Assembly (NCBI GenBank): GCA_022601395.1
Contig: JAJACS010000003.1
Location: 43,702 to 107,701, forward strand
Source: Chlamydiia bacterium
GTDB taxonomy: Bacteria; Chlamydiota; Chlamydiia; Chlamydiales; GCA-2402025
Direction: 5' to 3'
DNA length: 64,000 nt
A program made the position numbers and the translations under genes. Positions 30,174 to 39,937 of the stretch are shown here, piece by piece (the stretch's first letter is position 1; the number at the start of each line of letters is the position of its first letter). Below the pieces are notes generated by a model. The model had not been told where the DNA came from and ran no database searches. It saw only the letters and a list, made by a program, of their open reading frames with translations.

Positions 30174-33100
30174 TTAAGCCTTACTGATGGCGATCTTTGC
30201 AGGCTCTCCATTTAAATCCCAGTCACTCCCCTGGCAGCTATCAAATGACACGCTACTTGCAAGCACTTCATGACAGATATAGTCTTTGTGCTCTTCGTAG
30301 GACTTTTGGACTTTAGAAGTCGTTTCAATTTTGATATGCACTCTATCAGTTATCTCAAAGCCTTCTGATTTTCTTATGGTGTTAATTTTATTCACAAGCT
30401 CTCTTGCAAAACCTTCTAGTCGCAATGCATCTGTGAGGTTTACATCAAGAGTTATTGTGAATTCATTACAGCTAAGAGCAACGAGGTCACCGGTCGTTTC
30501 TTTTTTGATTTGGATGTCTTCAGATGTGAGAGTGATGCTCTCTCCACCTACTTCAACAGTAAGAGATCCTTTTGAGTCGAGCTCCTTAAGCATGCTTTGA
30601 TCAAAACCTTCGATGAGCTTCTTTAAAGGCGCCATAAGCTTACCAACTTTCTTACCAAGCACTCTGAAATTTGGAGTTGCTTTAAGGGTAACAATAGATC
30701 CCTCATCAGAACAAAGCTCTACCCCTTTTACGTTGAGCTCTTCTTCGATAAGGTGTTTCTGCTTCTCAAGTGCTTTGAGAACTTTTTCGTCTGAGGCAAT
30801 AATTTTTGCACATAAAAGAGGCTGTCTTACCTTTACCTTACTCTCTTTTCTTAAGTTATGACCCATACTTACAGCTTGCTGTACAAGCGTCATTTCATAC
30901 TCAAGCACTTCATCTCGGAGTAGGCTGTCTACTTGTGGGTAATCACAAAGGTGAACAGACTCTTTCTCTCCATCGACTCTGAGCTCTTGGTAAATCGCAT
31001 CTGAGATAAAAGGAACAAAAGGAGCAGCAACCTTAATAAGATCTGAAAGCACTCTATGAAGTGTCATAAACGCTTCGTCCCTGTCTGGCGTTCTTTCATT
31101 AGACCAGAATCTTTGCCTAGATCTTCTTATGTACCAGTTCGTAAGCTGCTCAATAAACTCAACAAATGGGTCCACAGCTTTTATCATTTCGTAATCATCT
31201 AAAGCTGTTTCCACATCATGGATGAGCTTTTGTGTCTTTGATAATATCCAGCGATCAATGGAAGCTGCTGGCTTTTTGAAACTTTCTGGTTCCCATTTAT
31301 AGATGTTCGCATAAGTTGCTAAAAAGAAGTAGGAGTTCCAAAGAGGAATTAGGAACCTGCGCATCGTCTGCTCTACACCCTTTTCAGAGAACTTTAGATC
31401 ATCTGCCTGCACAACAGGACTATGAAGAAGATATAGACGTATCGCATCGGCACCATACTTATCCATAACAACATTTGGATCAGGATAGTTCTTAAGCCTT
31501 TTAGACATTTTCTGCCCATCTTCTGCAAGAATAATTCCATTCACAATCGCATTTTTAAAAGCAGGCTTATCATGGAGTGCTGCAGCAAGCACTGTGAGTG
31601 TATAAAACCAACCTCTTGTCTGATCAAGCCCTTCTGCAATAAAGTCTGCTGGGAATTTATCTGGGAACTTGTCTTGATTCTCAAAAGGATAGTGCAATCC
31701 TGCATAAGGCATCGATCCTGTTTCAAACCAGCAATCGAGCACTTCAGGGACTCTTTTATACGTTTTCCCATCTACTTCAAAGGTAAGATCATCAATGAAG
31801 TGTCTATGCAGATCATCTATTTTCTTGCCCGTTCTTGATTCTAAATCTTCCTTTCCACGTATCACGATAAAATCGTTATCTTCAGAGCGCCAGATAGGGA
31901 TCGGAGTTCCCCAGTATCTATTACGGCTAATCGCCCAGTCTCTTGCATTTTCTAGCCACTTACCAAAACGTCCAGTCTTGATATGACCAGGAACCCACTT
32001 GATTTGATCGTTTGCTTTTAAGATTTTCTCTTTGACCTTCTCTACTGCTACGAACCAAGTAGTCACCGTTTTATAGATAAGAGGAGTGTCAGATCTGTAG
32101 CAGAAAGGATATCTGTGCCTTACTTGCGTATGCAAGAAGATCTTTCCATCTGCTTTTAACCTTTTGATGATGTCTTTATCTGCATCTTTTACAAACATCC
32201 CTTTGTATTCTGGAATTTCCTTTGTAAATTGACAGTTTTGATCCACAGGAGAAACAAGTTCGATGTTTTCTCGTTTACAAACAAAAAAGTCCATCTCACC
32301 AAAGGCTGGTGCAGCATGAACAATCCCCGTACCATCATCTTGCCCAACAAATTCATCGACAAGAACTTTAAAACTATTCTCAGAAGCTCCCTCTACGAAG
32401 TAGTTAAAAAGTGGCTCATATTTTTTGTGCTCTAGGTCTTTACCTTTAAGAGATCCAAGGATCTCATATTCACTCTCTTCTTTGTAGAAAGCTCCTAACC
32501 TGCTCTTTGCTAGGATGTAGTTTTCTTGTGTATTTGTATCTTTGATCTTCACATATTCGATTTCAGGATGAACGATCGTAGCGAGGTTCGATGGAAGTGT
32601 CCAAGGAGTTGTGGTCCACACGAGAAGATGCGTGTTCTCCTCATCAAGAAGCTTGAACTTTACAGTGAGTGATGGATCATCTACGTCTTTATAGTTTAAG
32701 TTTGCTTCAAAATTCGAGAGGGGTGTTCCAAGTTTGGCAGATACAGGCATTACCTTGAAGCCTTCATAAATAAGGCCTTTGTCCCACAACTGGCCTATCA
32801 CCCACCAGACAGACTCCATATAATCTGGATCCATCGTTTTGTAAGAGTTATCAAAATCAACCCATCTTCCCATACGAAGGACCGTGTCTTTCCACTCACT
32901 TACAAATCTCTGTACAATAGATCTACACTCTTCATTGAAATTTGCCACACCAAACTCTTCAATGGATGGTGCTCCTGATAAGTTCTTACGTTTTTCAATT
33001 TCATTCTCAACAGGTACGCCGTGGCAGTCCCAACCGAACCTTCTTGGAACATGAAAACCTTTCATCGTCTTATATCTCGGAATAATATCTTTTAGCGTTC

Positions 33101-33278
33101 CCGCTAATAGATGCCCATAGTGTGGAAGACCTGTTGCAAAAGGAGGACCATCATAAAAGGTAAAAGAAGGAGAACCTTCTCTTTGCTCAACTGATTTCTC
33201 AAAAAAATTATTTTCATTCCAGAGCTTCAGGATTCTTACTTCTCTCTCTGAAAACTTCTCTTGTTCTGTTTTAAACAT
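30174..33278 (-). CDS. ileS: isoleucine--tRNA ligase, type 2 (eukaryote-like)
   Basis: 1034 aa. HIGH-type motif PHYGHLLAG, KMSKS motif KMSKRLKNYPDP, CP1 editing domain (WTTTPWTLPSN). The C-terminus lacks the type-1 Zn-finger layout. Confidence 0.97.
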   Translation of the reverse strand: MFKTEQEKFSEREVRILKLWNENNFFEKSVEQREGSPSFTFYDGPPFATGLPHYGHLLAGTLKDIIPRYKTMKGFHVPRRFGWDCHGVPVENEIEKRKNLSGAPSIEEFGVANFNEECRSIVQRFVSEWKDTVLRMGRWVDFDNSYKTMDPDYMESVWWVIGQLWDKGLIYEGFKVMPVSAKLGTPLSNFEANLNYKDVDDPSLTVKFKLLDEENTHLLVWTTTPWTLPSNLATIVHPEIEYVKIKDTNTQENYILAKSRLGAFYKEESEYEILGSLKGKDLEHKKYEPLFNYFVEGASENSFKVLVDEFVGQDDGTGIVHAAPAFGEMDFFVCKRENIELVSPVDQNCQFTKEIPEYKGMFVKDADKDIIKRLKADGKIFLHTQVRHRYPFCYRSDTPLIYKTVTTWFVAVEKVKEKILKANDQIKWVPGHIKTGRFGKWLENARDWAISRNRYWGTPIPIWRSEDNDFIVIRGKEDLESRTGKKIDDLHRHFIDDLTFEVDGKTYKRVPEVLDCWFETGSMPYAGLHYPFENQDKFPDKFPADFIAEGLDQTRGWFYTLTVLAAALHDKPAFKNAIVNGIILAEDGQKMSKRLKNYPDPNVVMDKYGADAIRLYLLHSPVVQADDLKFSEKGVEQTMRRFLIPLWNSYFFLATYANIYKWEPESFKKPAASIDRWILSKTQKLIHDVETALDDYEMIKAVDPFVEFIEQLTNWYIRRSRQRFWSNERTPDRDEAFMTLHRVLSDLIKVAAPFVPFISDAIYQELRVDGEKESVHLCDYPQVDSLLRDEVLEYEMTLVQQAVSMGHNLRKESKVKVRQPLLCAKIIASDEKVLKALEKQKHLIEEELNVKGVELCSDEGSIVTLKATPNFRVLGKKVGKLMAPLKKLIEGFDQSMLKELDSKGSLTVEVGGESITLTSEDIQIKKETTGDLVALSCNEFTITLDVNLTDALRLEGFARELVNKINTIRKSEGFEITDRVHIKIETTSKVQKSYEEHKDYICHEVLASSVSFDSCQGSDWDLNGEPAKIAISKA

Positions 33279-33372
33279 GTAGCCTTAGGTCCCCTTTTGT
33301 ATAGAGATAGATAGTAACGGATTTCCCCTGTTTTTAGCAAAAAATCTCACTCTTTCAAGAGAGAAAATTAAT

Positions 33373-34491
33373 CTAATTTATAATGTTTTCTATGATTTCA
33401 AGAGGGATATGCGTATCTGTATATCCACCATTTTTCTTAAACTCCGTAGTTTTTACACAGCGATGATCAATCCCTCTGATTTGACTTAGGTACCAGTATG
33501 TATCATCTTCGTGTTCTTGAAAGAGCTCTACTATCTTAGTATGTGGTTCTGCAAATATCAGGTTTACTAATCCTGCGCCATGTGGAGCTATAATGACTTC
33601 CGCATTATGAAATAAAAATACCTGCTCTAATATTGATAGCTCTTCAAGAAAATAACGCTTGAAACCTTGCTTTTGAAGCAGGGCAAATACTTCATCTTCA
33701 TTAATTACCCTTCTATATGAAGCCTTTTTTCTTGAGATAAACACTTTTTTTGAAAAAATTTGACTAGAAATAACATCCTTAGCTTTGCTAATTAACTTAT
33801 TTCTTAAATATCTACAAATCCACTCTGGTGTATAACAAGAAAACGCTGGAGCTGAAAGAGCTATAAGCTCCTGTGCTTTAATGTGTCTGCCGGGTAAAGC
33901 TTCTACTACCTTTTTCCTATCGACTCCGAAAAGCTCCAATGTTTGACGCATAAACGGTGAGGAAAAAGGAGTATAGATCTGATCATATTCTATATGGTTT
34001 TCTTCAAGGAAAGCTAGCTTTGGCAAAACTTCAACCATCCAATGATAGTAGTTAGCAGCACCTTCTTGAGCAAGAACAACTGTTTTCCCAGCAAGAAACT
34101 CTGGCTCTTTAAGTGTATTTAAGTCAAAAGAACTCGATCTTAAATAGCTCCACCGCCACAACAGCTCCTTAACTAAGTTTTGACCTACAAATACAAGACC
34201 ATTTTTCGAATAAACATTTCCATTTGGAATGGATAGAATAAAAGCTTCAGGAATCCTAGGATCTGACCAAGTTGAATCTACAGATGAAGCTACGGGAAAA
34301 GGCTTTAAATCTAGCTTTATTGAATCACGACACTTAAGGTAAGAAATGTCTGTTTCTTGCTTCAACACCTTTTCAAGAGGCATAATATTTGCCCATTTAG
34401 CTGCACCCGTTTGGTTGACTTCTGAAGCACTGGCGCTAATAAGTCCAAAGCAGATAATAATAAAATATAGGGCTCTATTCATAGATAACAT
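33373..34491 (-). CDS. GT61/DUF563-family glycosyltransferase-like protein with N-terminal signal/anchor
   Basis: 372 aa. NYYHWMVEVLPKL and C-terminal APHGAGLVNLIF match my recollection of the DUF563/GT61 signature. N-terminal hydrophobic segment ALYFIIICFGLISASA. Confidence 0.6.
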   Translation of the reverse strand: MLSMNRALYFIIICFGLISASASEVNQTGAAKWANIMPLEKVLKQETDISYLKCRDSIKLDLKPFPVASSVDSTWSDPRIPEAFILSIPNGNVYSKNGLVFVGQNLVKELLWRWSYLRSSSFDLNTLKEPEFLAGKTVVLAQEGAANYYHWMVEVLPKLAFLEENHIEYDQIYTPFSSPFMRQTLELFGVDRKKVVEALPGRHIKAQELIALSAPAFSCYTPEWICRYLRNKLISKAKDVISSQIFSKKVFISRKKASYRRVINEDEVFALLQKQGFKRYFLEELSILEQVFLFHNAEVIIAPHGAGLVNLIFAEPHTKIVELFQEHEDDTYWYLSQIRGIDHRCVKTTEFKKNGGYTDTHIPLEIIENIIN

Positions 34492-34825
34492 GTCATTTAC
34501 TCCAGTTCACTCTGATTACAATAATTTATACGCATAAAAAAGACCTTTTTATGCTGTGATAAACTGCCGAATAAGTACCATTTATATCCAGAAGTTATTC
34601 TTTAAATCCACGCCCCTCTTTTTTTCTGCTGTAATTTCTCTACCCCCTTCTAGTTGACCGCCCTGATCCTGGAACATACACTGTCCTTCTAACCTACTTT
34701 TGTGCTAGGCCTGCCTAGCTATGAGTTAATCTAGTTGGAGTAGGCCATCTTCAAATACAGCAAATAATCCCCTTTACAGCTATACCCCCCGGGGGGTAAC
34801 CTAAGGGGAAATTAATTCGAAAATA

Positions 34826-34834
34826 TGCTATAAT
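34826..34834 (+). promoter_or_regulatory. extended -10 promoter element for ssrA
   Basis: TGCTATAAT ends 7 nt upstream of the mature tmRNA 5' G at 34842. No good -35 hexamer. Confidence 0.5.
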
Positions 34835-34841
34835 TGTTTAC

Positions 34842-35220
34842 GGGGGTGTACTGGTTTCGACTTGGAAATAAAGTAATAAAGGCATGCAGAGGACGTCGGT
34901 TGGCCTCTTAAAAAATCCGATAAGACATTAACTGTCAACACAACAAACGAGCCAGAGATGGCTCTTGCAGCTTAAGACCTAACCCGTTTTAAGTAGCCGA
35001 TGACCTAGAGCTCTACCGGAGGCTTTGGGACCCATCGTTATAATTCTGGTATGAGTTTTTGTTCTTGGTCACTCAGAGCTTTAACTCGAGATTTTGTAGT
35101 GACGCATCCATCTATTACAGCGCACCTTCTGGTTAGATGGACAAGGTAAACAAGGTGCTAAGCATGTAGTCGTTATTATGGAGTTTGCTAAGGACGAGAG
35201 TTCGATTCTCTCCACCTCCA
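34842..35220 (+). ncRNA. ssrA: tmRNA (transfer-messenger RNA)
   Basis: 5' GGGGGUGUACUGGUUUCGAC and 3' GGACGAGAGUUCGAUUCUCUCCACCUCCA match the conserved tRNA-like ends. The 7-bp acceptor stem has G3:U70 (Ala identity). An internal frame ...DKTLTVNTTNEPEMALAA ends at the TAA at 34973-34975, a typical ..ALAA tag end. The resume codon was not determined, and CCA is not encoded. Confidence 0.9.
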
Positions 35221-35231
35221 ATTAATCTGAA

Positions 35232-35262
35232 GGCTTCAGTTTAACTACTGAAGTCTTTTTTT
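35232..35262 (+). terminator. rho-independent terminator of ssrA
   Basis: 9-bp stem GGCTTCAGT / ACTGAAGTC (one G:U), 6-nt loop, followed by T7. Confidence 0.8.
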
Positions 35263-35272
35263 AGAGACTGAA

Positions 35273-36295
35273 GTGAGAATAGAAGTGATAGAGCATGTTC
35301 ACTTAAACACACAAATTACTGAGCGCCTAAGCTGCGATTATAACATCAAAGTTAAAGAACTTTTGTTTCTACCTCTCGGAGCAGACACAGACGCCCTAAC
35401 ATATAAAGCCCAGAGTTTTGATGGCTTATCTTACTTTGTAAAGCTTAAGCAAGGGCATCACTCTGATGTAGGCATTGAAGTCCTTAAGCTTCTGCAGAAC
35501 GCTGGGGTAAAGCAAGTCATTCCTCCCATTAAAACCATCCATGGTGAATCAACACAAATCTTTCATGACTATACACTCATAGTATACCCGTTTATAGAAG
35601 GACAAAACGGATTCAGCAATGCACTAACAGAGGAGCAATGGACGCTGCTTGGTAAAGCTCTAAAGCAGATGCATGAGCTAAAAGTGCCAAAATCAATAAA
35701 GAGTAAGATTCGTAAAGAGACTTACACTTCTAAGTGGCGTAATAGTGTTCGATCAAGCATCTCTCAAATAGATGATATTACCGCTACAGACGATGTAGCA
35801 CTAAAGCTACAAAAATTCATGAAAATGAATATGCCTACGATTCAAAAGCTACTGGACTATGCCGAGAGTCTCAGTGAAAAGCTTCAAAACTCCTTGTTAG
35901 AATTTGTATTATGCCATTCCGATATCCATGCTGGTAACGTACTTTTAAGCAAAGACTCTGACATCTATATAGTAGACTTCGACGAGCCCATTCTTGCACC
36001 AAGAGAACGCGACCTTATGTTTATAGGAGGCGGCGTTGGAAATGTTTGGAACAGGCCTCAAGAAGAAAAGTTGTTTTTTCTAGGTTATGGAGAGGTGGAT
36101 ATAGATTCGACAGCTCTTGCCTATTACCGCTGCGAGAGGATCAATGAAGACATTGCTATATATTGCTCAGAAGTATTTCAGAGAGAAACAGCATTAGAAG
36201 AAAAACTAAAGATGTACAAGCACTTCTTGGCTATGTTTGAGCAAAATGGCGTCGTAGATATTGCGCTAGCTACTATAAGTAGTTTGCCTGATTAG
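35273..36295 (+). CDS. aminoglycoside/choline-kinase-type phosphotransferase (APH family)
   Basis: 340 aa. Brenner catalytic loop CHSDIHAGNVLL followed by YIVDFD. GTG start at 35273 (alternative GTG at 35285). Confidence 0.75.
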   Translation: MRIEVIEHVHLNTQITERLSCDYNIKVKELLFLPLGADTDALTYKAQSFDGLSYFVKLKQGHHSDVGIEVLKLLQNAGVKQVIPPIKTIHGESTQIFHDYTLIVYPFIEGQNGFSNALTEEQWTLLGKALKQMHELKVPKSIKSKIRKETYTSKWRNSVRSSISQIDDITATDDVALKLQKFMKMNMPTIQKLLDYAESLSEKLQNSLLEFVLCHSDIHAGNVLLSKDSDIYIVDFDEPILAPRERDLMFIGGGVGNVWNRPQEEKLFFLGYGEVDIDSTALAYYRCERINEDIAIYCSEVFQRETALEEKLKMYKHFLAMFEQNGVVDIALATISSLPD

Positions 36296-36362
36296 AAACT
36301 TCTGAAGTCATAAACGCTTTTATTCAGTATTTTACGATAATCTTCCTGTATTATCAGATAGT

Positions 36363-36857
36363 CTACTGTACCCCTACAAATACATCTAAAACGATATTTT
36401 CATGATCAACTGCTCTTTCATCATAAATTTCAAAGTCCGTATGATAATGACGAGATCCGCCTAGTTCTGATGGAGACATTTCCCAAATTTCTTCCCACGC
36501 TTTTACAATAACATCTGGCATAGCTGCAGGACCATTTGTAAACTTTGCATACTTCTGTTTTGGAATAACTAGCTTTTGCAATCCTTCTTCTTTCAGGTCA
36601 TGATCAAAAGTCAGCACTTCCTCACCAATGAAATAGGTATAAGCTCCTTTATAATCAGACTCATAATCTGTATATACACAAAAAGTTGTACCAGGTTTTT
36701 TACGATTCTTTATTCTTTCAAAAATAGACTCGTGATAGTACTTTTTTACACATGGGAAAATCTTTCCATTCATTTTATCAAATTCTTGTTGATAACTTGT
36801 TCGCACAGCAATACCAGCTAGTTTTATTTCAGGTAACGTTAGGGAATTCTTTTCCAT
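36363..36857 (-). CDS. GyrI-like small-molecule-binding protein
   Basis: 164 aa. IKLAGIAVRTSY...YTDYESDYKGAYTYFIGEEV...FEIYDERA follows the same domain pattern as 14967-15425. Confidence 0.65.
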   Translation of the reverse strand: MEKNSLTLPEIKLAGIAVRTSYQQEFDKMNGKIFPCVKKYYHESIFERIKNRKKPGTTFCVYTDYESDYKGAYTYFIGEEVLTFDHDLKEEGLQKLVIPKQKYAKFTNGPAAMPDVIVKAWEEIWEMSPSELGGSRHYHTDFEIYDERAVDHENIVLDVFVGVQ

Positions 36858-37087
36858 TTTCTATAGCTCCATAAGTTGTAGTACCTTTTTTCACTTCTTT
36901 TCACCAAGTTTACCAAACCTTTATTCAATGTGTCTGCTTGGGTTGAAAAGCGACTTTTTGTCTTATCTTTAATAAAGGACTTAAAGAGTAACCAATAGTA
37001 CTTTTTCTTTTCAAATCGGAAGGGCTAATTGACAGAAATATTTGATCAGTAGAGAATTCTTACTTCTTTATGTTTTTTTAGGTTTTT

Positions 37088-37600
37088 ATGATTTTTTCAA
37101 AAAAGAGCACATTACCTCTGTGGATTCTTTGTTTTGCCTGCTCCTTCCTTATCGGATCTGAGAATCTAAAAGAGTACTACACTTCCCCCAAATACCATTT
37201 TTATGAGAAAGAAGACTGCATAAAAGTGAAGATTGTTCTTTCAGAAGGGGTTATGGCACAAAGCTCTTTGAGAAGAATAGACAGCCCGGATATATGGGGT
37301 ATAGCTGCTCAAATTAGGAATGATTCGTTGAAGTATTTGGAAACTTATTATCAGCTAGTCAATGTTGAGATAAATGGCGTCGCTTTTCCAGAACAAGGAG
37401 GAGTTATGTTTGAAATAAAAGAAAACCTCGAAAGAGAACCTTCAAGTAAAAGAATTCTAAGAGACAAGTATACTATCACTTCTACATGCTTCATTGAAAC
37501 AGATAAGCAGGTGGATTTAAGAGATGATGTTAACCCTAGGCTTACTGTTAGCAAAAACTCTCCCTATATTAAATACGTAAGATTTTTTACAAAACCTTAG
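37088..37600 (+). CDS. hypothetical secreted protein
   Basis: 170-aa ORF with a signal peptide (LPLWILCFACSFLIGS). No recognised domain. Its 3' end overlaps the convergent gene by 14 nt. Confidence 0.45.
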   Translation: MIFSKKSTLPLWILCFACSFLIGSENLKEYYTSPKYHFYEKEDCIKVKIVLSEGVMAQSSLRRIDSPDIWGIAAQIRNDSLKYLETYYQLVNVEINGVAFPEQGGVMFEIKENLEREPSSKRILRDKYTITSTCFIETDKQVDLRDDVNPRLTVSKNSPYIKYVRFFTKP

Positions 37601-38120
37601 CCGAGTTAAATAAATGAACCGAATTGATAGCAGAAGAATTATCTTTTGAAATTTCTAAATAATACTCTTTTTGCCAAGACTGCGTACGCTTTGCTTGTTT
37701 GCTTGTGACGGTAACCCACGGTGGATAAATTCGAGTAGCTCTAACTCCCCCAACACCGCAGCTTGATAAGATTCTTTTCTCTACAAGCACATTTTTTGGA
37801 AAGACAAACTGACCAAAATGCTTTTCAGTGTGAACACTGAAAATAACAAGATCTATGGGATCTTCTGAGTCGTATGGGATAATTGGCCCATTTTCTGACC
37901 TTTTCCAAAACGTCACAAAGAAGCCAGCTTTTTTCGGAGTCACTTTTCCTGCACGAAATTTACATCTTTTTCCACTCAAGTCAAAGTCACATGCGCCATA
38001 ATCTGCACTTTCTTTATCAGCCTGAATATTCTCTATAAGAAGCCCACTCGGCTTATAAGCTAGCTGACTGGCCAACGAGAGGTCAGGATGCGTATTACCT
38101 GTAAGAATTTGATTTTTCAT
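37587..38120 (-). CDS. MepB-family protein
   Basis: ESADYGACDFDL...KFRAGKVTPKKAGFFVTFWKR matches the MepB pattern I recall (ES..Y....F.L......R.AK.TP.K.G.FV..W.K). Start is the ATG at 38120 or a TTG at 38135. Confidence 0.5.
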   Translation of the reverse strand: MKNQILTGNTHPDLSLASQLAYKPSGLLIENIQADKESADYGACDFDLSGKRCKFRAGKVTPKKAGFFVTFWKRSENGPIIPYDSEDPIDLVIFSVHTEKHFGQFVFPKNVLVEKRILSSCGVGGVRATRIYPPWVTVTSKQAKRTQSWQKEYYLEISKDNSSAINSVHLFNSAKVL

Positions 38121-38143
38121 CTGCAGTAATTTCAAAGGATAAG

Positions 38144-38237
38144 AATACTCCCATTATAAGAGAAAACCTAGGTTTGACCTAGTCAAAAGTTCAGGTCCTT
38201 TGATACAACCCCCTCTCATAAAAAAGAAACTCATCAT
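38144..38237. repeat. direct repeat copy A (~94 bp, decayed promoter-like copy)
   Basis: It aligns with 41228-41320. The first ~60 nt differ at about 7 positions by eye (AATACTCCC[A/T]TTATAAGAGAAAACCTA[G/T]GTTTGA[C/T]CTAGTCAAAAGTTC...). It contains the palindromes AAACCTAGGTTT (38164-38175) and TTTGACCTAGTCAAA (38173-38187). Confidence 0.85.
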
Positions 38238-38326
38238 AATTTAATAGATGAACTGAGTCTATTTCGGTCAAGCGACTTATAAAACCCCTATATCTCTCTT
38301 TATGAAACCTGCTCAAAAGTCACTAT

Positions 38327-39112
38327 TTAAGGAGATGAAGGAAAATATCCATACTTCCTAAAAAGTGGTTTTACTTTTCTTAAATAGGCATTAATAACAC
38401 TATAAATTTTGTTTGGTGGGCTATAGGAATCTTTTTGAATATGAGACCCGTGGAATCCAGAAATAGATAGAGATTCACTAAAATCAGGAAATTGACTTAT
38501 ATATTTATTAATGTTACTCTTTTTAAAACAAGTAATAATTAATTCCCTGTCATTAGGGTCGATAGTTATAAAAAGATGATCTTCTATAAAGTCCAGAAAA
38601 CCCTCTAAGTTGTTGTTAAACTCTTCAAACCTTACTAGTAGCGCATTGTCTCCATTTCTTATTCTTTCTTCGTAAAAATTCAAATAGTTACACTGTTGAT
38701 CAATTGCTCCTTTAACAAAGGAGTTTAAGTTCGTTTTTTTATTCAAGCGAATTCGGTAACGAGAAATTGTAGCATCCACAGGATTTCTGATAGGAATAAT
38801 GTAGAGAATGTTTTGCTTTTTTTTAAGAAGATCCAAATCGCTAAATAAGTGAGTTCTAACTACTATAGAATCAGACAGCAATACATTATGTGCTCTTGAA
38901 AGTTGTGCCGTACTCTCAAACAAAAACCTAAATACATTATAAGTAATCATGCTACCTGTTCTTGGTGCAGAAATAACTACTACTTGATCATGATCTTTAA
39001 GTCTATATTGTTTTGTTCTTTGTAAGCATATAGTTTCAGGATTAAGAACTTCATTGCTCATAATAAAGGTTGAAAGTATAAGCTGTAAGATAAAAAGTAC
39101 TTTCATATTCAT
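38327..39112 (-). CDS. sulfotransferase-like protein with N-terminal signal/anchor
   Basis: 261 aa. N-terminal hydrophobic segment. VVISAPRTGSMITYN resembles the PAPS 5'-phosphosulfate-binding loop (PKxGTT/PRSGST). Its start ATG overlaps the upstream stop (ATGA at 39109-39112). Confidence 0.45.
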   Translation of the reverse strand: MNMKVLFILQLILSTFIMSNEVLNPETICLQRTKQYRLKDHDQVVVISAPRTGSMITYNVFRFLFESTAQLSRAHNVLLSDSIVVRTHLFSDLDLLKKKQNILYIIPIRNPVDATISRYRIRLNKKTNLNSFVKGAIDQQCNYLNFYEERIRNGDNALLVRFEEFNNNLEGFLDFIEDHLFITIDPNDRELIITCFKKSNINKYISQFPDFSESLSISGFHGSHIQKDSYSPPNKIYSVINAYLRKVKPLFRKYGYFPSSP

Positions 39113-39924
39113 ATTTCTAAAGGGTTCTTTTTAACCCTTACATACTCCTCTTGAACTCTTTTTAAAAAATCTAGTTTCAAATCTAAACCTTTACAAAAAG
39201 TTGCATGAAACATCACTATGCTATCCGGAAGTTCAATTTTGGAATCAGCATGATATAGGTAAAGACTATTCGGATTCTTCTGATTTTTTCTTAAAACAAT
39301 TCGTCCATTTGCAAACTCTTCCAAAGGAAGAAGACCCCAGTCTATTTTCTCTAATTTTAGTATTTTCAAAGCCTTTCTTATTGCGACTTGATCATCAATA
39401 CATATTCCTTTCTCAAGCAAGTCATAAGCAGTACGTATTAACTTTAGCGTTTTTAGGTTTCCTCTCATCACAAAAAAACCAGCACATATTTTATAAGCAG
39501 CTGATTTCTGGGTTACGAATCCTTGCTGAGCTACGAAATCCCTTTCTCCGAGACACTGTAAGGCTTTTGGAATAATTGAATCAAAAAAAATAATATCTAT
39601 GTCTGAAAAGAAAAAAACTTGATTATTCCAATTCTCTCGTACAGCTTGTTCCAACAGCTCTAGTTTATTTAACATAACCTTTTCCCAACCCTTGGCGTGA
39701 ATTTCTCCACTAGGGCAATGATCTGGGTATACTTTAGCAATAATCTCGAAATTATCTTTTATGCTAGGCTTGAAACTTTCTTCATATAATCTCTTGAAAC
39801 TGGGAGTGTACATACAGTAGAGCTTAAAGCTCTTTTGATTATTCAAAAAAACTTCAGAAGCCTGAAAAATATTTGGAAAAGCAAGTAATACAAGTACAAG
39901 TTTAGACAAAAGCGAATGCTTCAT
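39109..39924 (-). CDS. nucleotide-diphospho-sugar glycosyltransferase-like protein with N-terminal anchor
   Basis: ATG at 39924 follows GAGG by 5 nt; the track ORF begins at a TTG at 39945. Hydrophobic N-terminus LLSKLVLVLLAFPNIF. DxD-type FFSDIDIIFFD. Confidence 0.45.
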   Translation of the reverse strand: MKHSLLSKLVLVLLAFPNIFQASEVFLNNQKSFKLYCMYTPSFKRLYEESFKPSIKDNFEIIAKVYPDHCPSGEIHAKGWEKVMLNKLELLEQAVRENWNNQVFFFSDIDIIFFDSIIPKALQCLGERDFVAQQGFVTQKSAAYKICAGFFVMRGNLKTLKLIRTAYDLLEKGICIDDQVAIRKALKILKLEKIDWGLLPLEEFANGRIVLRKNQKNPNSLYLYHADSKIELPDSIVMFHATFCKGLDLKLDFLKRVQEEYVRVKKNPLEI

Positions 39925-39937
39925 AAGTGCCTCATGT

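Noticed and set aside
30331-32435. Six + strand ORFs of 63-89 aa inside ileS, and similar sets inside the ABC-F gene (42249-43419), SPFH gene (20881-21512) and HEAT gene (5245-5472)
   Set aside because: All are antisense shadows of long, well-supported genes. They have biased Ser/Leu/Phe-rich translations and no RBS.
34783-34798. TACCCCCCGGGGGGTA as a terminator
   Set aside because: No loop and no U-tract. It is kept only as a landmark within the unexplained spacer upstream of ssrA.
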